Shown here one piece after another: positions 25,020-38,301 of a DNA stretch of 64,000 nucleotides. Both the position numbers and the translations under genes were made by a program. The number at the start of each line of letters is the position of its first letter. The stretch's first letter is position 1. Below the pieces are notes generated by a model, which saw only the letters and a program-made list of their open reading frames with translations, had not been told where the DNA came from and searched no databases. The DNA is from Ramazzottius varieornatus. Taxonomy: Eukaryota > Animalia > Tardigrada. The stretch spans positions 2,276,827 to 2,340,826 of the forward strand of contig BDGG01000006.1 of assembly GCA_001949185.1 (NCBI GenBank), given 5' to 3'.

Positions 25020-27137
25020 CGCGCCAGGATGGGAAAACGGCGGAAAGAAGCACGCGACTAGCAGGGCTTATTATAGACACGGGCTGCAACCCATCGAAGT
25101 TCCGTCGCGTGCAGTCAGCACATTTAAGACGGCTTGCTCAGTGTTAACTATCGCTCGTCAAAGTACCTCGATCGATAGCACAGCTCAGCTGACGGAAGAT
25201 AAACCTGTTTGAGACGCCTATCTTTGACGATATAATCAGAATGACCGACACAAGAACCCGTACGGTGACACAGGAAGGTGTGCGACAGAATGCTGTAATG
25301 CCGGATTAGCAGTACGAAACCCGTGTACTGGCTCAAGTTCTTATTTAATCTACCAGGTCCTACTTACTAAGAGCGGTCCCTGGGTTTTTCGAATAGCAAA
25401 ATGAACATGGAGAGAACGAGCTCGACACTCTTGACCTTGTGATAACATACCGTAATCTACTTTAAATGTTCCGGCGAAGCGTCACGTGCACGAACCATTC
25501 CCGAGACCTGGCGTTATGAGGTGAATACTGAACAGAGCGCATACCATTAGGGCCGGACTGATGCGCCCCTCTTGACGTCAAGGCTTAAGCTCGATTAATT
25601 TGACAGAGTCGACGCAGATTTTTTGCAGCCTCTGGAGGAGATTGTTCTTTCTCGTTGGAGGTGCTCTGATTTTCCGGCATGGCGATAATCCTTCAGTATC
25701 AGGTTAACTCTTCCTGTTGTGTGAAGGTTAGTCTCCAGTTCCACCTCCCGCAGTTTTGCAGCAGCGTTTCGTCCGATGTGCACTCATGAGCTGACTTGCA
25801 ACATTGGTGCTTTGAGTCGAATGAATAATTTCGCTTGGTGAATGGCGTGTGTTTTCATCACTACTGAGAGGTCTAGTCTCCGGCTAACGTTATGCCGGGC
25901 AGAAAGATTTCACAGCGGTCTAGACTTGAAAATGGCAACCAGACAGTAACCATAACTTTCCTTTGGTGCCGCTCACGATTCGAAATTTCTACGGTACTTC
26001 CGCTCTTTCGGAACATTCCTATTTTTGCTTTAGAACGTTCCACAGAGCCCTTTTATTGTGGCTGGCAAAAATGCGATCTGAGGGCGGTTCTCATTCGTCT
26101 AGAACCGGGAGGGTAAAGAAAGGCAAAACCTTGCGTTATTTAAAAGGTGCGCGACGTAAGCGGGTTATCCGATTCTCTAATGTTTTTGCCTTCCCGTTTT
26201 GTCTAAATGTCTCGCGAGGCTTTGCTAAGACACCTTGCAGTCTCGTGAGGGTTTCGCAGCAGTCTGGGAAGAATCAAATTCAACAAACTCTCCGAGCACG
26301 TTGTTGTCCACCTTCAGTTTCGGTTTTCCGTAGGGGTGAGTTCCGAGCAGAAATCTCCAGAGCGGAGAAGAATTACCCAACCTTCTATGATATGCAAATC
26401 ACCTGCTTCGTTCCGAAAAATGGACCATATCATCTTTCCCGTGTGGGATGCGTTGACGCCCCGAAAAAAATCGGACTCTTCAATGACCCAAAACTCTAGT
26501 TCTCCGCGATTCAGACAAAGCTATTCCTGCTATTCTACAAAGCTGAGGAGCTCGGTACAGTAGAATGCCAAACGATAGCCAAGAGTTGGCAAAGTGACAG
26601 AAAGAAGACTTGAGGACAAAAGAACAAGCTAGAGCGTAACCATAATTTTCTAAAGTTGACGTGTTACCAGGAGTAACAAGTCATATTTCCGTACCTGATA
26701 CACGTTCACGGATTCTACGTGTGACGTCAGCGTCCTGCACGGAGCTTGACAGTTGATCGAATGACCATTGGTCGAAACGGCAGGCATCCCGGTGGAACTC
26801 CATTCAACACAATGCAAGTGGCCCCATCTCCACTTGACAGTCATCAATTCCCTCTTTCTTAACTCGCAAAACCTGCTCTTTCATGTGCAGATAAGAGCGA
26901 ATAAAAATCGTTTTGCGAAATGATGAAATAGAGCAGTTCGTGTGCCACTTTTCACGTTGAACCGTCGAAGTTTTGGTTCCGAATTCCGGATATTCTTAAG
27001 GGAAATGACACCACCTTTCGCCACCGTAGTCTCCTAATACCACCTTTCAATTCCAAATCATCACCACCGTTTACTTCGTACGCCACTTTCCAACTAAGGG
27101 CTAACCTTTGAGTGTTTGACAACCGTGGTTGTGCTTA

Positions 27138-27462
27138 GAGTGGATTGGACCAAGCCTTGGTCGGACCAATTGGTCAACTTTTTGGCCAATATTGGCCAGC
27201 GAAAAGTTGGCATATGGTTAAAACAAGTTTCAGCAATCGTCTTTGGTCAAACTGTTGACCATTGGTTTGGCCAATGGTCAACGATTTTGACCAATTGGTC
27301 AAACTGTGACCAAAATGTTGATATTGATCAAGATATTGACCAAAAAATTGACCAAAGGTCATGAAATTGACCAAAGAGTTGACCATTGGCCAAGTTTTCA
27401 TTGACCAAATTTGGCCAAAAATTTGACCAACTGGCTCGACCAAAGCTTGGTCAAATCCACTC
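27138..27462. mobile_element. Foldback-type MITE built of TTGACCA/TGGTCAA repeats
   Basis: TIRs gagtggattggaccaagccttggtcg / cgaccaaagcttggtcaaatccactc, flanked by TA on both sides; interior is dense in TTGACC-like motifs in both orientations. Confidence 0.85.
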
Positions 27463-28651
27463 TAGTTGTGTCAGCTAATGTAAGCATACTCTCATACAGC
27501 CCGTTACAGCAAAGTTGTCCCCGCTGCTCGCGCACCTTTGTCTCAGGAATTCAAATCATTACTTTCGCACCATCTCAACTGATCTCATGAAACTTAGCTT
27601 TCCTTCTTACTGTTGAGGGTTAGTTTACGAGCCAGAGGTGCAAACTGGTTTGAGAGCTTCGTTTTGAAATTTGGTTCGAAAACGCTTTTCGATTTTCTGC
27701 TTATGTACGAAAAAGTACTCCTCGGTCGAAAGCTAGAATGTCAAGAGCGCTCCGATGTAAATTTTTTGTAGCGAAATGAATTGTCTCTCGTTTACAGAAA
27801 AAGTTGTTGAAAACAACGCAAAAATTTGTGAGACGTGAATTTTCGAATGAAAAACTGAAGATTCTCTCCGGTCACTTGGTGCGCATGTTTTAACCAAATT
27901 TCAAAAAACACGGGTGAACCTTTTTTTAAATCTGTCGATTCGTGTAATCTAAACGATTTTTCTTGTGCTCAGACAAGACCAGAGATTTCGAATAACAAGA
28001 ACAAACATGTTTCTACTGGTAAGTATGATGCGCGAGTGAAAACAGAATTTTCTACAAAACGGGGACAACTTTGCTGTAACGGGCTGTACATGCCTGGAGT
28101 AGTGGTGAGTTCGCGAGGATAAGCCTTTTTATTAAACTTTGCCACTATCCGGTCTGTGGCCTGCTCCGTGTGTCGAGAGCACACAGCCTTCTCCCCGTCC
28201 AAGGTGACGTCCGTTATTTTCGAATAACCTAATCAGAAAACGAGCGGATATCATTGCCACAAAATAACGCACGTGAAACAAAAAATTGTTTTGCAAGAGG
28301 TAAGAATACACTCCCAGCAGATCCCAAGTGCCTTCGTCCGTGAGCTCACTACCGATCTGCCTTCGGAAATCATGCCTGCAAGTTTTTCTTCAACATCCTG
28401 CTTCCGCTAACCGCACAAGCGTTTCGTAACGCGAACACGGTCCGTGCCACTTAATCAGCAAGAAACCACGCGTAGCGAGGGTAGCGGTTCTTGAGGCGAA
28501 GTGTGCGTTCACACAACTGGACGACCGTGCTCCGGTCTGGCCACAAAGAGTTCAACACTCAGTTTTCGGTCTCCACGCGCAAAGGCATCATTCGCGCTGT
28601 AACAGAGGAAAATCGTGACGATCTTCTACCGTATTTTTGGTACTTCTTACC

Positions 28652-29791
28652 ATGCGGAACTCTTCATACGACGAACTCAACGGCACCGGAGCTGGTTTTC
28701 CGCAGTTTACGGCACCTCAGCACGACTATTCCTTCGTTGGGAACTGCAATAAGGGGTCCGACGCAAGCTAGACATTCCGTTCAACATTCAACCTAATCAC
28801 CAAAATCCTAGCTCTGGTCACGAATGGTTTGCTGGTGTACCTCTTTGCCCGGTACCGATCCGTTCGAACCCCATTCAACGTGTACGCGGTCAACCTGTGT
28901 CTCTCGAACTTGGGTTACCTCAGCTTTCTCTATCCCACCAGCCTGTACAACGAATGGCGACCAACATCTTCACCGCCATCGAAAGCCTTTTGCGTGTTCC
29001 ACCGGTTCACCATTCATGGCTTCAGACCCGTCATCGTCCACACTCACCTCTTGGTTGCTCTTAATCGGTTGTGGGCTTTAGCGGCACCAGTATCCTACAG
29101 AAACTACCACCGATCGGATTCCCTTCTTCGACCATCTCTAATCTGCTTGTCCATCTGGCTGTATGTTGAACTCTTTATACTCCCTGGTATCGTCATCGAT
29201 GCTTTGAGCCCACCATCTCTGTACGAAACGGTGCACTGCTCGGCCAACTCGTGTGGACCCAACTGGTACCTCAACACCGGACTTTTCCTGATCTATGACG
29301 CCCCGCTGGTTCTCTTTCTGCTGATCTATCCGGTGATTTTCGCGATCATCTTCAGCACCTCTCGACTTCGACCTGGACATGTGTCATCAATTCAGCATCC
29401 GACTAACCAAACAGAGAATACTGCTACCCATGACGGAGATAATCATACGCTTCGGCCGACATCACACGGCGAGCATCCAGTACCAGTGACGGCTGTAACC
29501 ACCAACTCGAAGGCTTCGTGCTTTGGCCGTTTGGCGCACCAGAGCGGTCGGCAGTTCATGATGCTGACCTTATTAACCTTCAACGTGGTGATTTCGCTAT
29601 TTCCCGCCCAACTGTACTACACGCTAATTACTTTCGGTCTGAACCCATCAGGAATGTTCGCTGTGGTCGGAACTTTGTACGCGCTCGGATGCATTTTCGA
29701 CCCAATCTTGTTCTTCATCTCTGTCACAACGTTCAAGGAAGCTTTCAGGCAGATGTTCCGATTACACCAGCAACCTCGCAGATATTGCTAA
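28652..29791 (+). CDS. Intronless orphan class A GPCR with an in-frame TAG at 28769 (possible pseudogene)
   Basis: Seven hydrophobic segments; TNGLL (TM1), NLCLSNL (TM2), LNRLWA (DRY position), FPAQLY (TM6), DPILF (NPxxY position). ATG 28652 gives an N-glycosylated N-terminus in the same frame. Confidence 0.85.
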
Positions 29792-30175
29792 GTGTCTGTA
29801 GGAATTCATAGAGTTTCCCACGAATAATGTCGGCACCTACGTTCATCACGTGTTCATGTATCAACGTGTTGCTGGAGTTTCTTTCCTCTGGGCACATTCT
29901 AATATTGGCCTGCTGAACGGTGTGGTTAAAGTAGTCGCACCTGCCCTTGGTTATCAGTTTTCACGCCTAGTCAAGTTGAATGACTGCACTGGAAGTGACA
30001 CGGTTGGCGGTCTTGCACACCACAAGATTCAAGTCTGTGCCACTGGCACTGTAAGCGCAGTTCTCTGATCGCTCACAAGTTTACTCGTGATGAATGAACC
30101 GCCATTGGGTCTGGTAAATTCTCGTGATCTCGCTTCGTACACAGATGTTTTGCAGATTAAAATCAGGCACAATGA

Positions 30176-31153
30176 TCAGCAGGCATCTCGTCTGGTTTCA
30201 AAACGAGTGGTAGAACGACAGGCATGTCTGATACTGCCGGTTTCGTGTCGGACGCGGGATAGACCCACTGTCGTCCCAGAGCATCGAGCAGTACTCCGGG
30301 TCCCGACATCCTGAAGTTACGAAATACGGGTAGCATCAATTTGGGAATACGTTAAATTGTTTCGAGCCTCGTTGGACATATCAATAGGTTAAGGCATCAA
30401 GCCTTCCAGTTTACCAACACGCCACTCACCTGCCTTCCTGAAATCGTCCCACAAAGTAATATTCAGCGCATGAGTATTCCCCTTGGCCATGATAATTGCC
30501 GGAAAGCATCTCTCCCTTGTACTCGACGTGCTGATCAACCAAGTTCACGTAACACCGTGGTCCAGACAAGACATTCTTTTCCCATTGGCCCACCAAGACC
30601 GAGCCATCAGCCTTGGCGTATTTTCCATAACCGTTGCGCTCGGGACGTCCCTCCACACCATATGCAAACTGACCACCTGTGTACAATTGTCTCAAGCAGT
30701 TTGTCACCTTGCAAGGTGCCAAACTACTTGAGGCATAAAGGTTGTAGGTACCCATCATTATGCGCATGAAGTTAGTCTTTATAACCATATACAATATACA
30801 GCTCCTCGCTACCGTAATTTTTAGCTTGACATCACGTACTGAAGCTGTCGCCATTGTCGTACGTTACGTTGCAAGTTGGTGTAGGTGGCGGTAGGTTTGA
30901 TTCCGGTTTTATGGCTTCTGGAGGTGGAGTAGCAGCCTTGTGGCCTTTCTCTGCAACGAAGAAAGTGCTCACCTTATCGGGATCCGTGACGGTAATCCAT
31001 TAGCCCAAGGATAGCTTCATCATGTCACCATGGGAAAGTGGCCTTGTGCGGGAGCGACGACATCGGCATCACATCAGATTGGTACAAAGAATCGTGAACC
31101 ACATTTTTCCCATGTAACGTTCGCGTTGGTTCGTCAAACTTACTTTTGGGCAT
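30176..31153 (-). CDS. MORN repeat protein, MORN2-like
   Basis: ATGCCCAAAA|gtaag first exon; ERNGYGKYAKADGSVLVGQW, YKGEMLSGNYHGQGEY and FVGRFQEGR|MSGPGVLLDALGRQW MORN repeats; stop at 30176. Confidence 0.8.
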
Positions 31154-34100
31154 GATTTCTCAAAGGAATTTTCACATGGTTCACTGATCCGCATACTGTA
31201 AGTCTATTCTGTTGTTAGGAAGATGGAGCCTTCTTCACCAGCAGATAGTCACAGAAAGTACTTCGAATTCAGTGTTCAAGATGATGCCAGGCGATGCCTT
31301 TTATGTTACTGGGCCGGCGTCAAGGTCACCTTTTAAGGTTGATTCAGATCGCTTATACAGTATACGAGGATAACCAACGTTCGCAGGTTTATTCGCCCAA
31401 CGACCTTCAGTAGTTTCCCGAATTGCTCGAGCCGATTGGGTTCCGGTGCTGTCGGTGACAAAGGTGGGAAGCCGCCAAATGTTTTAGCTGTGAGTTGTGT
31501 GAGGCCGCCAAAATTCCTCAGCCCCGCTCACTCGATGACTGAAGTAAATATGGGGTCGATAGTTCGAAACAGCAGAATCACGAGTTACTTAACTGCTCTC
31601 AGTTTTCTCTGTCAACGCTACCAGTTCTAAGACTTACGGCTGGTGCGCTGCAGTACAGTACTACTGTGTACGCTTAGGGATGTCTCAGGAGACTAGACAG
31701 CGATAAGGAAGAGGAGATACCAGAACTCTTGAATTGCTCCGGGCGATGAGCTTGAATTTTTTCCATACGTAATGAGTCAGTCCTGAATGGAAATTTGTAA
31801 ACAAAGCCTCACATTTTGTTGTTAATGCCGAAATGAGGAGAACAAGCTGCAGCCTTTAACGCAGGCGACGGATGCCCAGCGGAGCAGGGTGATTTGTTTA
31901 TTTACGCAGGGTACTTCAAGCGGCAGAGATAGATGTCGGCCATTCATCAGTCATTCATGTAATGTAATCGTTCTGGAGAATATGAATATAGAGAGTTGGA
32001 TGTGTAATGGGTGTGCGTCGTGGCGTGGCGGAAATAAAGTCTAAGCGTTTAGTGGGCCATACTGGTAGCTCCACGATGGATGGCATCCAGCTGTTGCAGC
32101 GGAATAGCCCAGGGGCTCCTTTCACGCTTTGCCAGGCTAATAGATCTCCGTATAGCCGGCTCAATGGACGCAATCGATGGTGTCAGGCCGTCGCTCTTCA
32201 TCAGTGTACGCTTTTAGAAACACAAATTGTGGCACACGAAAGATGAGCTGGCTCACCAGCCAAAAACTTGGGCGTACGTGATTCTTGGCGTTGATCGCGA
32301 ATTAACCTCAAACCTTTGGACATTATAGTATAGACAGAAAAAGAGATGAGCTCTGTAATCCGAGAAGGAAAACTTGACCTGAGATTAAACAAACGACGTT
32401 GAGCAACTGCTTGTCGATCCGTCACCTCCTCCAGCTTGTTTTGATAGGTTGAATCTATTCGGGGCAAACTTTTCGAGAACTATTTTGGCTGAAGTCGTCA
32501 AAAGGGATACGGACAAAATACATTTCGCACTGATCGTTTTGGTTGTATCGGCAAAAAAACCGCTTAAGGACATCAGTTTGTTGGTTTTGATGATGAACAT
32601 CTGGCCAGTTATGGTCAGTTTTGGTCACCCATAGAAAACGGATGACCAGTGGTCGCTCTTTCTGCTGACCACTTGCCCCTATACCAGGGGAGAAATTCCT
32701 CTGCCGAGGGTCCGAACCAAAAACCTTTAGAAAGAGGCTGCGGTATGCCATTAGGAGCCAGTTATCTGCTTGCCGCTCGTTCGACATCAAAATGCAGCGT
32801 TCCCTAGTCGGCTTCCAACTGCGCAGCTGATCAAGGAATGTGCTTCCTTCTGAATTGATATTCGTTCTGGAAAACAACTTCTAGTTCCCCGTTCGGAAGC
32901 TACTTCATCGACTGTTTTGGCAGTTGAGGGAGCCAGCAAAATTTCGGCAGTGCGTGTTTTGATTTCATAGCAGACACTCCAGGCAAAAAGCGACCAGTAT
33001 TCAACGAGACCCAAAGTCCACCGATAACAGTCATTCACCCTTCACAAAAAACTTCGTAACTCAATCATGACTCATCCGATCAGCCTGAACTTTTGGCTCA
33101 AAAGAGCCCGGATGAGTGATACGGAAGACTGCATCCGTTAGTTGGACTAAAAGTACCCCAGATGGAAAAACTGATTCCTGAGTAGTTTTGTTCCCATACC
33201 AAACGATCACTTTGAGATAGTTTTTTTCTTCATATGGCCTGTGTATTCGACCATTAGTATTCATTAAGATCTAATCTACATGACACTGAATTTGATTAAT
33301 GTGCTACACTGTCCTGCCGAGAAATGTTCATCTTTTACTTTGCCACTGGGTGGGTAACACTTACTCATGCCAGTTCATTCTTTTGATAGAACAAGAAATT
33401 CCTGAGCTGGACGTCAACCATTAATAATAACTAAATCTAAATCTACAGAGGGTAGTGCATTTTAATTGGTCGTTGAAAAAATATCGCGCTCATCAAAGTC
33501 TACTACGATATTTATGCAAATTTATAACCTCGGCTCACTTACAGCCCGAAATACCCACTTAGAAATGACAGATCTCAGAAATAAATCAGGCGGCGCTGTC
33601 CATTAAATGTGGTAATTTGTTGTTGTGGGTACTTTGAGGCAGATTCGTCTCGGCAGGGAAAGCCGACCCTCTAGGGAGCTGTTGCGTTGCTGCGTCAACA
33701 CCAAGACATTCGGCTCCCAGGCTCTCATTGCACTTCACCGCGAAGACGAAGGTCTAGTTTGATGCTCACAACTCGTCTCCCATTTCAAAGTGGTTGGAGA
33801 AACTCGAACGATGCTGTTTTCCACGGTCGGAAGTTATCGGTGTCCTGTTTCACGAGAAGAAGGTCGAACAAGCCTTAATTTGATTTTAAAGATGTCGATC
33901 GTGACGTCACTGCGAAGTTCTCCGTTAGCGTCCACTCCTTGGTAGTATAAACGCTATTGGCATCTGATTCATCTTTTGATGCGCATCATTGCGTGTAGAA
34001 TTACTGTGTACAGATGTGAAGAAGAAGAAGAGAGCGCATAGAGGATTGACAAGGGAGTATTGGTTGTACACAGTGGCCGTCTTTGTGGATGGCCGTGTTG

Positions 34101-34808
34101 ATGAGGAGCTGTCAGAACGACGGAAGTCGCCTGTGGAGCTTGTTTCTCAGCGTCAATCTCATCCTCTGCCCAGCTTAACAGGCTGATTTTTTGTATCATA
34201 CAAGCCATGATGCCCGTTTATGTTGGTCTAAAGTACGGATTATTAGTGCCGCTATTCAACATGGCCACACTTGAATGCCAGATCGTCATGTCTTACTAGT
34301 GATGGATTTGTCACGCTCTTCTCTTTTCATCGGTTTCTTTTCGGGTTTTCTACAATCATACTGATGCTTCTTTTACCGCATTATCGTGAAATGGATATGT
34401 GAATCGAAACCACTCGTCTAATGTAGACGTGTGGACAACGGTTTTGATTGTAGAGATCTGTTTGCCCAACATCTAAAGAACCTGTAAGTGACCTTAATCC
34501 ACGTTCGAAGCCCTTCATCAGCGACCATAAGAACGTTAGTCCTTTCTATGCAAACTCTTCTGCCAGAAAATTTCGTAAAGGTTTCCATAATTTCGATGAT
34601 TCGGTTTGTTTCAGTTCGGTTATCGGCTTCGGTTTCTGATATCGGGTATGACAAAGGAGAGCCGCTAATTTCTGTAACTTGGCAGGTGTGAGTCCCCTTG
34701 CCCCAAACATTTGTTCTGTAGGTGAGTTGCCGTTTGGGCAAGCTGTCCTTCTTGACTGACTCATGATGGAGTCCACCAAGACTCGATAAACTCGTACACC
34801 CCACAAAG

Positions 34809-37800
34809 ATGGAACTATTTGACCCAAACGATAATCACACCCTCGTGCCAAACCCAGTTCCGCTGCCCCTCTGCGAAGGTTACGGCTCAGAGGACGGCAG
34901 TCCACAGGAATATCATTTGCCGTTGGGTTGGCAGTACGGTTACGGCTTGTTGTGCGCCATTATTTCCATCATGGGCGCAGTGGGAAACGGCATCGTCATC
35001 TGGATTTGCCTGTATTACCGACGCATGAGGACCATCACCAACTTTTTCATTGCCAATTTGGCGGCTGCCGACCTCCTCCTCAGTATCTGTAATGTCCCGC
35101 CGACCAGTTACTTCATCCTGACGCAGAACTGGCCCTTTGGCCAAGCCGCCTGCGCCTTTGTCAATTTCATCGCCACAACGCCCATCGTGGCTTCGGTGCT
35201 GACCATGATGTGCATCTCCATCGATCGGTAAGTTTCTTCAGCTCGTATTTCTACGACGGGCATGTCTCGAAACCCTAACAATATTGGGACGTGGCCAAAT
35301 GGACTGGATCAACTCGCCATTTCAAGTGGCGCGATGTTGGCTGTAGGTGTGCGCCACTTGAAAAAAACGATATTGTTCAACATGGTTTCAATATGTTGTA
35401 AACCAGTAATCCGCCGTAGACCAAGACAGGTTTCCTCAGGCCGACTGTACCGACAGCTTTTGGCGCTCAGACTGGAAGAGAGTCAATTTCTTTGTCCTTG
35501 GCACAGAAGCGGGGCGGGTTTTCCCGCGGCTATGGAATGGTATTGCAAGAAATGAAACTCCGCAGGGAGGTTCCAGTTGGGGCATGTAAGTTTGAACAGG
35601 AGACGGAGTAAATATAATCATAATCTATCGGCCAACCTCCACTGCATGTACAGAAACACCAAAAGTTGGACGAAAATGCGATTATACGTCAATCTGAGCT
35701 TTGCTTTTGAGAATATGTGTCAGAGCAAATACATGACCCAATGGAGCTTATTATGTGACATAACGTTAACTGGCCTGATCGCTGTCAGTCATTTTTTGCC
35801 AAATTCGAGTCCTCATCCAACATGTGTTACTTGTCCCCTTCCGAGGCTGTCATCAAAACCTCGTCAGCCAAAGTAAAAAAATGAGAGACGGTAATCTCGG
35901 AAGTAGTTGAACATTTGCAGATGATGACCCAACGACAAGTGAGGTCTCCAAACGATGCTGGCGATCAAGCGAAGTAGTTCGTGCGTAACCGAAGAACATC
36001 TCGCTGCCACACCCTTTCAAACTCGCGCACTGAAATTGTTCGCGCAGGCTATGGGATGCGTCTACAAGATGTGATTCTTGGTATTTGAGCGTGGAGAGAA
36101 CGATGGGACCATTCACGACTTCACTCGGGTCGCTCCTCACGTAGGCAGTTCATTGCGAACCTTTCTTGGTATTTGGGTTTGCAATGTGATGTACACTGTA
36201 GTGGGTAGCGAGAATAGTGCGGGTGCTTAAGCGCTGATACCCTCCATAGCATGTTGACGAGTTCTTTGAAATTACCATGGACAACAAAGCTTTCCTGTGG
36301 CGTAACATGTTTTCCTTCCATCACAAAGCTGAGTTGCGGAAGTCGAACGCTAAAGTGCTCCAATACAATTCGGTCTTTAGGTACATTGCCATCGTCCATC
36401 CGATGCGTCCGAGGATGAGCAAATACACCGCTTACGTCATAATTGTGGCCATTTGGCTAACCGGAGGCAGCGTCTCTTTTCCAGCCCTGGTCTATAGCGC
36501 TACGTTCGCTAATGGCAATACAACCATCTGCTCGCTCCAGTGGGACGCTCCTCAGTCGGAGAAAAAAGTGAATTCAGGTTCGTGCAGAAAGTTGCATTAT
36601 AGTATTCTGTTCTGCAAATACAACCGGAAACACGACAAATTTTCGGTGCGGTACCATCGTGTACACAGTATTGTATTATTGGCCAGAAGCTGATGGACAT
36701 ACCAGACTTTCGCAAAGGACGTCCCACCCTGCACCATATTTTTAGACATATTTGAAATATTTACTACCATTAATTACTTTGACAGAACGATTCATTACGA
36801 ATGGAAATATGTGACAGGTTATTCTATGCACACTAATTTTTTACAGAGTTCATCTATCAGTTTGCGTACATGTTCATTACGTACTTCGTTCCTGTGGTGG
36901 CGCTGACGTTCGCCTACGGAAGAGTGGCCAAGGAGCTGTGGGGAACCAAAAGCATCGGGGAGATATCGGTTGCTCAAATCGAAAGTATTAAGAGCAAGAA
37001 GAAGGTCATTATTTCTCACTCAATCATTGTAGTCATTTCCGGTAGTTTGGCAAGTTTGTGCTATGAATTGGTATATCGTTATTCCCCAACATTTACAGCT
37101 CGTTAAAGTCCTCATTTGGGTAATGACGACATGTGCCATATGCTGGGCACCCTTCCATATATGGTTCATCGTCACCAGCATCAACCGATGCGTACAGTTG
37201 TTGAAACACGCTTCTCACATTTTCACAAGGTAATTTTGGTATTGCAATATTCTTTTATGCTCCAGAATTTCAGCTCTGAATTTCCCTTGCTCCGAGATTT
37301 CTAGATCTAGTGTTTGAAAACTGATGGAAACGTGTGCAACTGAATTGAACAAGGTCTTTGTCTCAGATGGCGCACGTTTACACCGTTACTGGCTGGAAGG
37401 GTGCGCCACTGGAGCGCACGATCTAGTTCAAAAAACTTGTTCACGTCTCAACGAAGGCTTTCACCGGTTAGTGTGAAAGTATTGATCAAGAGAGTAGCCT
37501 AAAATAGAAATTAAGATAAATTATTGAGAATGAGCGTGAGAGACTTAGATTGATTCGTCATCGATTTTAACCATTCGATTGCTCATTCATCTATTTTTTC
37601 GCAGTTCCTACGTCTTAGCAATGTCCAATTCCGTCTATAATCCCATTATCTACGTCATCCTCAATCAACGCTTCCGTCAAGGTTTCAAACAAGTTTTTCA
37701 ATGGCTTCCATGGGTACACTTTGACCCGTCTGAAGCACTTGACCGTCCACAGCGAGGCACTGGCCAACATCACAACATTACACGGGACGCCTTCAGTTCG

Positions 37801-38058
37801 TGCCATGACATGAACACCATGCGCAATGGTGGCTCCAGCCACGCTCTAGCCAACAGCCACTCCACCTTGAACAATCATAACGGCACTCATCGTACAAGCG
37901 GAGCGTCCACATTTCAAAGTCCGACCAGCAGGAATACGCTGACTGTGGACGAATCTACCAGGAATAGGTTGTTGCCTAGTTTTGCTCTCCAAGATGCCGA
38001 TGGCTGCCGGTTAGGCAAAAAAGGCATGGCGAAATGCGACTCCATTTACTCATTTTGA
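34809..38058 (+). CDS. Tachykinin/natalisin-type neuropeptide GPCR (5 coding exons)
   Basis: GNGIVIWI...[26 protein letters not shown]|[27 protein letters not shown]|LVK, CWAPFH and [13 protein letters not shown]...NQRFRQGF; exons 34809-35227, 36381-ca.36570, 36848-37003, 37099-37228, ca.37604-38058. Confidence 0.9.
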
Positions 38059-38263
38059 AATCTCAGCATTAGATGTTTGACTGATCCCGAAAGTTATTTT
38101 TCTCCTCCAGAATCTAGGCTTGTATGAAATCCGAAAAACTGAACGTCTTGTGATGTTGAAGCTGGCACTTCGGAGAAGATTAAAAAAACGATTCAACGTT
38201 ACAGTACGCTTCCCAATGTCATTTACTCAATAAACACTGCGCACTCTGAATGACCAGGGAACT

Positions 38264-38301
38264 ATTACCACCGTGCAGACGGAAGTCTGCACGGTGGTAA
38301 T
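38264..38301. repeat. Perfect 17-bp stem hairpin with GGAA loop
   Basis: attaccaccgtgcagac-ggaa-gtctgcacggtggtaat, about 30 bp after an AATAAA downstream of the receptor gene. Confidence 0.9.
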
